64,000 bases of DNA. It comes from Octopus sinensis. Its lineage: Eukaryota. The notes beneath the pieces are model-generated. The model was not told where the DNA came from. It saw nothing but the letters and a program-made list of their open reading frames with translations, and made no database searches. Below are positions 41,373 to 53,731 of this stretch, piece by piece. The position numbers and the translations under genes are program-made. The DNA is taken from the NCBI RefSeq assembly GCF_006345805.1, contig NC_043001.1:104656001-104720000 (forward strand), given 5' to 3'. Numbering within the stretch: the first letter of the stretch is position 1; the number at the start of each line of letters is the position of its first letter.

Positions 41373-44300
41373 TATATATGGGATCGTCAATATAGAGAAG
41401 ATTTCTTTGTGTTGCTTTGTCCATGATATAAGCTCACTAGTGCTATTACCACCATAGATCCACTTCACTCTAATGGAGTCAGCTTCTGAGTGGGATGTGT
41501 GCAGGGTGGAGCAGATGCTTTGTCTTGTCTTGTTGAGGGCATGGTAACTTCTTTTGTGCTTTTGCTTTGCTAAGATGTACCTAATACACTTTCTAAAGTG
41601 GTTGGTTATATGAAGGGCATCAAGCCATAGTGATCACAGATTAAGATGAAACCAAGAAGCAAGGCATGATCCTCTGAGCCATCTAGGAAGGACCATGACG
41701 AATCACCTAACGCATGCCACCATGAAAAACAGACATCAAATGATGATGATGAAACAAAAGAACTGGCACTCCATCAGTTACAATGATAAAGGTTCCACTT
41801 GATCTGATCAGTTGAATGGCCTGCTCATGAAGTTAATGTGCAAGTGGGCTGAGCACTCCACAGATCCACATACCTTTAATGTAGATTTTAGTGAGATTGT
41901 GTGATACAGAATGTGACAAGGCTGCCCCTTTGAAATACATGTACTACTCGTTTTTGCTAGTTGAATTCGGTCTTCTGAGGCATTGACAAAAGGCCGAGAC
42001 CTCTGGAGGTATGCTGTGACTGAGAAGACCAGGCAAATAAAGTGAGATCACAGCTGCAGCCTACACCAGTGTTGCATAACCAGCCCACTCAAAAAGTACT
42101 TTGGATCGTAGGGCGACATGCTGTGCTTGAGGAGACCTGTTGAGTCAAGTACATCAAAATCAAATCAAACCACAATCAAATGGAAATTGTAGTTGTGGCT
42201 GATGCCGCCTGTCTGGTTCCCCATGCCGGTGGTACGTAAAAAGCATCATCCAAATGTGGTCGATGCCAGCCCCCTCACCCCTGACTGGCTCCTGTGCCAA
42301 TGGCATGTAAAAAGCGCCATCTGAACTGGCTTCCGTGCCCATGCATGTAAAAGCACCATCCAGATGTGGTCTACACCAGACCCCTCTGGGCCCTCTGTCC
42401 CCTGTGCCAGTGACACATAAAAAGCACCCACTACACTCTCACAGTGGTTGGCATTAGGAAGGACATCCAGCTGTAGAAACACTGCCAGATCAGATTGGAG
42501 TCTGGTGCAGCCTCCTGGCTTCCCAGATCCCCAGTCGAACTGTGCAACCAATGCCAGCATGGAAAGCGGACATTAATCGATGATGATGATGATGAATGGA
42601 CTGTAGGAATGTAAAATAAAATGTATTGCTCAAGGTCACACTGCCTTATCAGGAATTGAACTCACAACCTTACAATCATGAACCTAATACCGTTATCACT
42701 AAGCCACATGGTTTCATAGTGATGATATATGATTAAGTGTTTGTATGTACGTACATATTTTATTTGTGACATGGTATTTTAAGAAAACCCTTTATCATCA
42801 TTGGAACTTTTCATTATGATTTGGAATAGGTTTTGAACATGTGGAAGAATGGCTTCAATGTTGATAATGGACCATTAAGGGAATACACTGATGAAAGGAA
42901 TAGAGAGTTTCTGGAATCCATCACCCGAAGGTAAATCTTTATCTTTCGTTTTTTGCTTCATCTGCAACCCTAACCCTAATAGTACTCTGTGTCTGAAAAG
43001 TTCAGAATAGCAAACATTAGTTGGAATATTCATGGATTTTGTTGTGTATACTTTGTTTTGAATCATCTGTGGAATCCTTAATCATCTGCTGGTCTGATAC
43101 ATTTGTGGATTTATATAAGAAGTTGAAGAATGTATAAAGTATGACTTTGTTATTTGTTACAATTGTTTCTGGACCTCTCTGTTTCTGATCACAATTGCAT
43201 GTAAATGATTCTGTGTGAAAATTATGCTTTGGCACAGGCATGGTTGTATGGTAAGCTGTTTGCTTCCCAACCACATGGTTCTGGGTTCAGTCTCATTTCA
43301 TGGCACTGAGGGCAAATATCACTTACTACAGCCTTTGGCTGACCAAAACCTTGTGAATGGATTCTAGCTTCACTTCTTTCAAGTGTTGATGAATATTCTT
43401 TTTAACAAATCGTTCTCTTTATTTCTCTTCATCATCATTTAATGTCCACTTCTTCCTGGAGATAATCATTCTGCAATACGTCTACTCACCAAGGGGAGAT
43501 AATCATTCTGCAATATATCTACTTACCAAGGGGAGATAATCATTCTGCAAGGTGTTCTCAGAGTTAACCTAACTGTCAAATTTTTAATCTTTTTCTCTCC
43601 ATTTGCATTGATGGTTTCATTATAATTTGTATCAGTTATCTATTTCTGTTTTATTATAGCTAGATTCCATTTCTATTTCCAGAGAAATTCCACAAGAACT
43701 CAGCAGAGAAGCTAAAGGAGGTAAAATTAATTTAAACATCAATGATTATCACACTAAGGATTACGTTCCACCAAAGGAAACAGTTGCTGCTTTCTCAGGC
43801 AAAGGACATATGCTTGGAAGGTGAAGTTTACATATTATTATTATTACTATTATTATTATTATTAAGGCGGTTAGCACACTGGGTGAAATGCTTAGCAGTA
43901 TTTCATCTGTTTTTATGTTCTGAGTTCAAATTCCACTGCAGTTAACTTTGCCTTTTATCCTTTCGGGGGTCAATAAATTAAGTACCAGTTGCGTACTGGG
44001 GTCGAGGTAATCGACTGGCTTCCTCCCCATAAATTTCAGGCCTTGTACTTAGAGTAGAAAAGGATATAATTATATTAGAAGGCAGCGAGCTGGCAGAAAT
44101 GTTAGTCAGGTGAAATACTTAGCTGTATTTCATCTGTCTTTATGTTCTGAGTTCAAATTCCACCGAGGTCGACTTTGCCTTTCATCCTTTCGGGATAAAT
44201 ATATTAAGTACTAGTTGTGTACTGGGGTTGATCTAATTGGCTGTCCCCCTCCCCTAAAATTTCGGGCCTTGTGCCTAGAGTAGAAAAGATTATTATTATT

Positions 44301-47300
44301 GTTATTATTATTGAGTGAAAGAGCAGCATATGCCATCAAAGTGACACTGGGGTACAAATATATGAAGCACAATATACCCATTATGTCTACCCATCTGACA
44401 AGAGTACACCAAGCACGTGTATCACAACCATATGTGCACAACATGGTGATCTCATATCAAGATAAACAGTGCATGATCTTGCAGGTGGAACCCAATTAGA
44501 ATTTTCTTCAGGTCAAGTAGCCCATTCAGCTCAAAAGGTATTTGATAAGGTTTGCTTATGGGTGAGGAATGAAACATCCATGTTTCCAGAGGTGAATTAT
44601 TCAAACCCCTTCCCCACTTCCCCCCAATTACCTTTACTCCCCACCCAGTTATCTTACTTCCCCTTCCTACTGTTTCCACCAATCACCTCCTTTGTCTTTT
44701 CTTCTCTCCCTGAGGTGCTCTCCATCATTAACACCTTATTTGCCTGATATTATCCTCAATGCCCTCCCATATCTTCTGTAACCCCTGCCCCTAAGCCTCT
44801 CCTATATTTCTCTCCATCATTTACTACAGTCACCTCATCCTGTCTGTTAATCAAGCCCACAATTAACCTGCTGTGCACTCCTTTCTTTTCCAACTAGGGT
44901 ATCCATGTATCTGCTCTACAGCATGACATCTATCTTTTTCCCCTCTATACCTTGAATCTCTCAATTGGCACAAAACTACTCCCAGTTGCAAGTTTTGTTT
45001 TGCAAGGTACTTGGTAACCCTGTTGGTGCTGGTGCCATGAAAAAAACACTAGTATTTGTGTCACATAAAAAGCACCCGGTACACTGTGTAAAATGGTTGG
45101 CATCCAGCTGTAGAAACCCTGATAAAAAAGACAACTGGAGCCTGGTGCAGCTCTCTGGCTTGCCAGCTCCTGTCAAACCCTCTAACCCATGTCAGCATGG
45201 AAAACAAATGTTAAATGATGATGATGACATTGTGGGTTCAAATCCTTCCATGATATATATATACTAGCAAATCTACCCATCTATGATGGAGCCATAAAAT
45301 GAGGGTGTGAAGTCATAACAGCAGTATGTATTGAGAAATATGTAAATGGATTTGATAGATTATTGTTGGCAATACAGCATTCTATTGCAGCTCTCTGACA
45401 TGTGCTTGTGACAAAGTGACATGTGATGACGATTCACTCCCAAACTGAAATAGGATCCCAGCCTCTCTATCATGAATGGTTATGTGGACCACTCCTAATG
45501 AAAGCCAGACCTTCCTTCAACCACTACATCATCATCATCATCATCGTTTAATGTCCGCTTTCCATGCTGACATGGGTTGGATAGTTTGACTGCGGACTGG
45601 CGAGCCAGATGGCTGCACCAGGCTCCAATCTGATCGGGCAGAATTTCTACAGCTGGATGCCCTTCCTAATGCCAACCACTCTGAGAGTGTAGTGAGTGCT
45701 TTTACATGCCACCAGCATGAGGGCCACTCAGGCAGTACTGGCAATGGCCATGCTCAAATGGTGTTTTTTACGTACCACCTGCACAGGAGCCAGTCCAGCG
45801 GCACTAGCAATGATCGCACTCGAATGTTGTTTTTCACGTGCCAGTAAGACGACGCTGGTAATGATCATGATCGAATGGTGCTTTTTACATGCCATCGGCA
45901 CAGGAGCCAGTCAGCGGCCCTGGCAGCAATCACGCTTGGATGGTGCTCTTAGCACTCCACTAGCATGGATGCCTGTCATGCGGTGCTGTCATTGAATTTG
46001 ATTTTGATTTCACTTACCTCAACAGGTCTTTGCAAGTAGAGTTTAGTGTCCAATGAAGGAAAGGTATGCATAAGTGGGCTGGTTACACCCCTGACATAGG
46101 CCGCGGGTTATGGTCTTACTTGGCTTGCTGGGTCTTCTCAAGCACAGCATATCTGTTGGAGAAAATATTTGGTCATAGACATTCCGATTGTGAACATCAC
46201 ATCTTGGACTGCTCAATGGAACCTACCCCAGTACTTATTTGTCTGTAAAGTCTGCTGCTTATTCTATTGGTCTTTTTTGCCAAACTGCTAAGTTATGTGG
46301 ATGTAAACACACCAACACCAGTTGGCAAGCAATGGTGAGGGACAACCGCGGACACAAATACACTCACAAACATATGATGAGCTTCTTACAATTTCCCTCT
46401 ACCATAACCATTCACAAGGTCTGAGGTTGTAGTAGAAGACACTTGCTCACGGTGCCATGCAGAGGGACTGAACCTAGAACCATGTGGTTGGGAAGTAAAC
46501 TTCTTACCACACAGCCACACCTGGATAAATCTCTCTCTCTATATATAAAGCTGAAGTTGTCTGTGTATGGCAGGTTTGGTAGTCTTCAACTAATACTATC
46601 TCCTCCGAGACCCTGCGGCGCAAGTTGACCAAAATTGAGAGTATGATAGAAGAAGGCTTGCTCTTCTTTCTGTAGAAGAATAAATTCAAATCGGACCATG
46701 TTAACACCAAACATTATTTACATCAAAAAGGTGCTTTTTTTTCTATGAAAATCTCTATTTTTTTACTGCTGTGTCGCCATTTTTTGGTGTATTTCAACCA
46801 GAAAATTGTTCACTTAAAGAGAATAACAAGCTACATAATGCAAAATTTTTACTTTTCAAAAATTCCAATTCTAAAGGGTCGAAACAAGCCCGAGCAACGC
46901 TGGGCGATACTACTAGTAAACTATAAAACTATGATGATTATTTATTTACTTTACTCCTGGTACTATACAGCAATGGTAAATTCTTGTGAGTTGAATCTGC
47001 TACAATTTATTTTCAGTTTTCGTCATTGCTGTTGACAAATGCACTGTCATCATGATTTTCCTTCAACTCTTCTTTCAAAAATTCCAGTCATAGTTTCTGT
47101 GAACAAAGCCATAATTAAACACATTTTCATTTATTAATTCTTTCATATACTGTTATAGTAACCAACTCAAAATAACCTTAATCTTTTTCCCTACTCTCAT
47201 TCTTTTTTTTTTTCATAAAGCCCTTTACCTGGTATGGTATCTACGACCAACACATCCCCAGCAACTTCAGCTTCCAGTGCTCCAGTATCAAACATTGAAG

Positions 47301-49075
47301 TTAATAAATCTTTACCAACCACAAATCTGCAAATTCGACTTTCTGATGGATCAAGGTAAATTCTCTATTATTCCTTCTCTTTATCTATAAGCTACTAAAA
47401 TTCTGTGATTGCTTGCTTGCATGCTTGACTGTAATTTAATACAGCCAAACTAGTGCATAATGAGAAAATACTCTGAAAGTAAGGTATCCCTGAAATGTGA
47501 ATACAAAATAGAATAAAATAAGTTTTGTGTAAATTGGACTACGGATTCCCTAGATATGCAGCTTTTTTTTGTACCTTCATAAATAGGCAAAACAGTGCAT
47601 AATGGGAAAGTACTCTGAAAGTAACATAATCCTGATATGGGAATATATGATACTGTGAAAATTGTTTCCATTAATTTTATGTTTACAATATATAACAATT
47701 TATTTTGCATTTTTGCAGAAGTGTGCTCATATGTCCTAAGTAAATGCGGTTACTGGAGTTCAAGTTTATCCTGGAAGTTCTATTTCTATTAGATGCTGTA
47801 AATAACCAATAAAATTGTAAACATGAACTTGTGAACCATACCTATGATGACATAAAAGATTTGAAATAGTTAACTGAATCATCCTAAAATTCACTTTCAA
47901 TGCAATATTGAACTCAGCTTCAGTGTTTTATAACCTGAACCGTCAGTGATCCAATGGGTCATGGGTAGTCTTGTCTTATATAAAATTCATAAATTTTTTT
48001 TTTCATGTGACCTCTCTTCTTTCTGAGATGACTCCCATATCATCATCATCATCATCATCATCATTACTTAATGTCTGTTTTTTTTGCTAGCATGGGTTGG
48101 ACGGTTTGACAGGAGCTGGCAAGCTGGAGAGTTGCACTGAGCTCCTGTTGTCTATTTTGGCATGGCTTGTAAGGCTGGATGATGCCCTTCCTAATGCCAA
48201 CCACTTTACAGAGTGTACTGGGTGCTTTTTACATGGCACCTAGTACAGGAGCTTTTTATGTGGCACGGGCACAGATGCTTTTTATTTGGCAAGACAAAGA
48301 CCTCATACTTTATCAAAATGAAGTTGATGCTACATTGTACATCTTTTTGCTACTTGAGACTTTTTATTTTACATCAGTCTGTTTGGCAGGAACTGGCAGG
48401 TCGGAGGGCTGCACCAGGTTCCTGTCGCCTGTTTTGATATGGTGCAAAAAAGTATATATATAATGAAGTCAAGGTAAAAAAGCAAAAGAAAATACACAAA
48501 CTCCCAGTGTATGTTGGGTCAATAGTTGGGAAATGGAAAAACAGAAGGAAACGTCTTTTATGTTTTCAGTATTCACTTCACTTCTGAGAAAAAGGAGAGA
48601 CAAGGAGATAAAAACCAGAGAAAGAAAACGAGGAAAAAAAAATGCATGTGTGTGTGTGTGTGGGGGGGGCATGGTACAGTGTGGATAAGAAGGGAATGAA
48701 GTGTAATAAGCTACAACTTAGAGGATTTTTTTGTAAATTAGTCTTGAGAGAAGAAGAATGTTAAAGTATCTGAAGCCCTTTTAGGTTTTCTGACACTGGA
48801 ACATGTGGATAGATGGAATGAGTTTGTTGTGGCTAATGTTCAGTTTGAAGTTTTGTAGAGCTTGGAGAGAAAAGATAAAAACTGATGCAGCTTTGAAGAA
48901 AAAAGCAATTATAGGCACTGCTGTGGCTGTGTGATAAGAAGCTTGCTTCCCAACCACATGGTTCTGGGTTCAGACCATCTGCCTGGCACATTTGGCAAGT
49001 GTCTGCTACTGCAGCTTCGGGCTGACCAAAGTGTTGTGGGTAAATTTGGTTGATGGAACCTGAAAGAAGCTTGTC

Positions 49076-49109
<34 letters not shown>

Positions 49110-49300
49110 CTGTGTTTGTCCCCTACCACTGCTTGACAACTGGTGTTTAATTGTTTTCCATACTTACAGTTGAAAAAAGTCTCAATGACCGAAACCATTA
49201 CTGAAATATTTTTTACAAAATTATTTTAGCATTTTCTATCCTGACTTTTTTTTCCATATATATATATATATATCAACTCATGTGTTCCTTTTTAACCTTC

Positions 49301-49364
<64 letters not shown>

Positions 49365-49507
49365 TCATAAATGAGGGTGAAAAATTCGATATTAATTTAA
49401 TAATACCATCAGTTTAACACCAAGTGGCTTAGCACATAAAAACCAGGGAGACAATACAAATTTATACATAAATATATTTATGTATATTTATACATAAATA
49501 TATTATG

Positions 49508-49552
<45 letters not shown>

Positions 49553-52500
49553 GATAGATGAATGGTTAGTGAGAGCTGTGCAAGCCATGTACAGAGACGC
49601 TGCTAGTAAGGTGAGGGTTGGCAACGAGTACAGTGAAGAATTCCGGGTAGAGGTTGGGGTCCACCAAGGTTCAGTCCTCAGTCCCCTCCTATTTATCATA
49701 GTCCTCCAGGCAATAACGGAGGAATTCAAGACAGGATGCCCCTGGGAGCTCCTCTATGCTGACGACCTTGCTCTAATTGCTGAGTCACTATCAGAACTGG
49801 AGGAGAAGTTTCAGGTGTGGAAACAAGGATTAGAATCGAAGGGCCTTAGAATCAACCTAGCCAAAACCAAAGTCCTAATAAGTAGGAAGGTGGACCAATC
49901 ACAAACGACTTCAGGTAGATGGCCCTGCTCGATCTGTAAAAAAGGTGTAGGTAGAAACTCTATAAGGTGCACCAAGTGTAAGCTATGGACACATAAGAGG
50001 TGCAGCAATGTCAAAGGAAGGCTAACTAGGAAAATAGTTTTTGTCTGTGGCAGATGCTCAGGAGCAATAAACACTGGAAATTTGCAGAGACCAACTTCTA
50101 CCACGTTCCAGGGAGACAAACTAGAAGTAGTTGATAGCTTCCGCTACCTAGGAGACCAAGTCAGTAGCGGGGGTGGGTGTGCTGAAAGTGTAACTGCTAG
50201 AGTAAGAATAGCTTGGGCAAAGTTTAGAGAGCTCTTACCCCTGCTGGTGACAAAAGGCCTCTCGCTCAGAGTAAAAGGTAGACTGTATGATGCATGTGTA
50301 CGTACAGCCATGCTACATGGTAGTGAAACATAGGCCGTGACTGCTGAGGATATGCGTAAGCTTGCAAGAAATGAAGCCAGTATGCTCCGATGGATGTGTA
50401 ATGTCAGTGTTCATAATCGTCAGTGTAAGTACCTTGAGAGAAAAGTTGAACCTAAGAAGCGTCAATTGTGGTGTGCAAGAGAGACAGCTGTGCTGGTATG
50501 GTCATGTGACGAGAATGGCTGTAGATAGTTGTGTGCAAAAGTGCTACACCCTAGCAGTTGAGGGAACCTGTGGAAGAGGTAGACCCAGGAAAACCTGGGA
50601 CGAGGTGGTTAAGTACGACCTTCGAACTTTAGGTCTCACCAAGGAAATGACTAGAGACCGAGACCTATGGAAGTATGCTGTGCGTGAGAAGACCCGGCAA
50701 GAGTAGTCAGGCCATAACCCGTGGCCCCTACCTGGGACGTAGTCAGTCCACCTGTGCATACCTTCCTTCTTGTGACACTTGTGAAGACCTGTTGAGGCAA
50801 GTGAAAGTGAAAATCAAAATAAAATAGATGATCATCAATGGAATTTGTATCTTTGTTACCAGTGCCGGTGGCACACAAGAAAACCATCCGAACGTGGCCG
50901 TAGCCAGTACCGCATCGACTGGCCTCCGTGCTGTGGGCACATAGCAAACACCATCCGATCGTGGCCGTTCGCCATCCTCATCTGGCACCTGTGTCGGTGG
51001 CACATAAAAACACCATCCGAAGACCCGGCAAGACTAGTCAGGCCATAACCCGTGGCCCCTACCTGGGACGTAGTCAGTTCACCTGTGCATACCTCCCTTC
51101 TTGTGACACTTGTGAAGACCTGTTGAGGCAAGTGAAAATCAAAAAAAATCAAAAAAATCAAAACAAATCGAAATAGATGAATATCAATGGAATTTGTATC
51201 TTTGTGGTACCAGTGCCGGTGGCACACAAGAAAACCATCCGAACGTGGCCGTAGCCAGTACTGCATCGACTGGCCTCCGTGCTGTGGGCACGTAACAAAC
51301 ACCATCCGATCGTGGCCGTTCGCCAGCCTCATCCGGCACCTGTGTCGGTGGCACATAAAAACACCATCCGACGACCCGGCAAGACTAGTCAGGCCATAAT
51401 CCGTGGCCCCAACCTGGGACGTAGTCAGTCCACCTGTGCATACCTTCCTTCTTGTGACACTTGTGAAGACCTTTTGAGGCAAGTGAAAGTGAAAATCAAA
51501 ATAAAATAGATGAACATCAATGGAATTTGTATCTTTGTGGTACCAGTGCCGGTGGCACACAAGAAAACCATCTGAACGTGGCCGTAGCCAGTACCGCATC
51601 GACTGGCCTCCGTGCTGTGGGCACGTAACAAACACCATCCGATCATGTCCGTTCGCCAGCCTCATCAGGCATCTGTGTCGGTGGCACATAAAAACACCAT
51701 CTGAAGACCCGGCAAGACTAGTCAGGCCATAACCCGTGGCCCCTACCTGGGACGTAGTCAGTCCGCCTATGCATACCTTCCTTCTTGTGACACTTGTGAA
51801 GACCTGTTTAGGCAAGTGATCAAATCAAATCAAAACAAATCAAAATAGATGAACATCAATGGAATTTGTATCTTTGTGGTACCAGTGCCGGTGGCACACA
51901 AGATAACCATCCGAACATGGCCGTAGCCAGTACCGCATCGACTGGCCTCTGTGCTGTGGGCTCATAACAAACACCATCCGATCGTGGCCGTTCGCCAGCC
52001 TCATCTGGCACCTGTGTCGGTGGCACATAAAAACACCATCCGAAGACCCGGCAAGACTAGTCAGGCCATAACCCGTGGCCTCTACTTGGGACGTAGTCAG
52101 TCCACCTGTGCATACCTTCCTTCTTGTGACACTTGTGAAGACCTGTTGAGACAAGTGATCAAATCAAATCAAAATAGATGAACATCAATATCTTTGTGGT
52201 ACCAGTGCCGGTGGCACACAAGAAAACCATCCGAACGTGGCCGTAGCCAATACCGCATCGACTGGCCTCCGTGCTGTGGGCACGTAAGAAACACCATCCG
52301 ATCGTGGCCGTTCGTCAGCCTCGTCTGGCACCTGTGTCGGTGGCACATAAAAACACCATCCGAGCGTGGCCGTTCGCCAGCCTTGTCTGGCACCTGTGTC
52401 GGTGGCACATAAAAACACCATCCGAGCGTGGCCGTTCGCCAGCCTCGTCTGGCACCTGTGTCGGTGGCACATAAAATCACCCACTACACTCTCGGAGTGG

Positions 52501-53693
52501 TTGGCGTTAGGAAGGGCATCCAGCTGTAGAAACACTGCCAGATCTGACTGGCCTGGTGCAGCCTTCGGGCTCCCCAGACCCCAGTTGAACCGTCCAACCC
52601 ATGCTAGCATGGAAAGCGGACGTTAAATGATGATGATGATGATGATGATGATGATGTGTGTGTGTTTGTGTTTGTGTATACACAGACACTCATATTATCA
52701 TCATCATTTAACGTCCATTTTCCATGCTGGCATGGGTTGGAAGGCTTGACAGGAACTGGTAAAGCCAGGGACCACACCAGGTTCCATAGTCTGTTTTGAC
52801 TGGGTCTCTACCGGTGGCTGCCCTTGCTAATGCCAACCACTTTACAGAGTGTACTGGTGCTTTTTACATGACACCATCACCAGTGCTTTTTTATGTGGCA
52901 CCTTGCATTTAGGCTATCACTTCTGTTGTGGTGGGCAGGTCTTGGGCATATGTAGATGTGTGGATCTGTGTGCATTAATATGTATGTCTGTGTATATGAA
53001 TGGATGAATGCGTTCATGCGTTGGTGTTTCTGTTGTAGAGACTTTTGTATAGCTGGATTAATATATTTGATTATGACTTAGTGTGATTGTCACTGTCAAC
53101 ATCATTAACATCATCACCATCACCATCACCATCACCGGTGTATGTAGAAAAATGTATTTAAAATTTTACTCTTGTATCTTTCCAGGATGACCCTGAAGCT
53201 GAACCACACCCATCAAATTAGTGACATTAGGACACATATTTTATTGTATCCTTTGATTTGTGACTGTACTTTCTCTTCTCATTTCTTTCCAACTTTTCAA
53301 ATATAAACCCCAGATGTAATCTCATTTGAGCTCTAATCCATCAGATGTGAAACTTGTACATAATAATAATAATAATAATAATAATATATACATATATATC
53401 TAAGTGTGCATGTGTGTGTATTTGTCCCCAATCACTGTTTGAAAACTTTGTTGATGTATTTACATCCCTGTAACTTAGTGGTTTGGCAAAAGATACTGAT
53501 AGAATTAGTAGTAGGTTTTTAAAATATAAAATAAGGACTGGGTTTGATTCATTTGACTAAAATTCTTCCAAGTGTTGCCCCAGCATGGTCACAGCCAACA
53601 ACTGAAACACTTTCTGTCAGTGTGACTTTGGAAACTGAGAGATTTTGAAGGAATTTTTACTATTTAAATTCTGCTTTGTAATGTCTGTCTGTT

Positions 53694-53731
<38 letters not shown>

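Noticed and set aside
47710-47880. Alternative candidate for UBX exon 9
   Set aside because: Stops within a few codons in the required phase; 53186-53245 fits the UBX consensus and phases.
49380-49450. Minus-strand CTGATGG..GAAT hammerhead-like string
   Set aside because: Both core halves are mutated and the stems are only AT pairs.
50856-51815. 319-aa ORF
   Set aside because: Antisense reading of the RTE 3'UTR tandem array; repetitive peptide with no domain.
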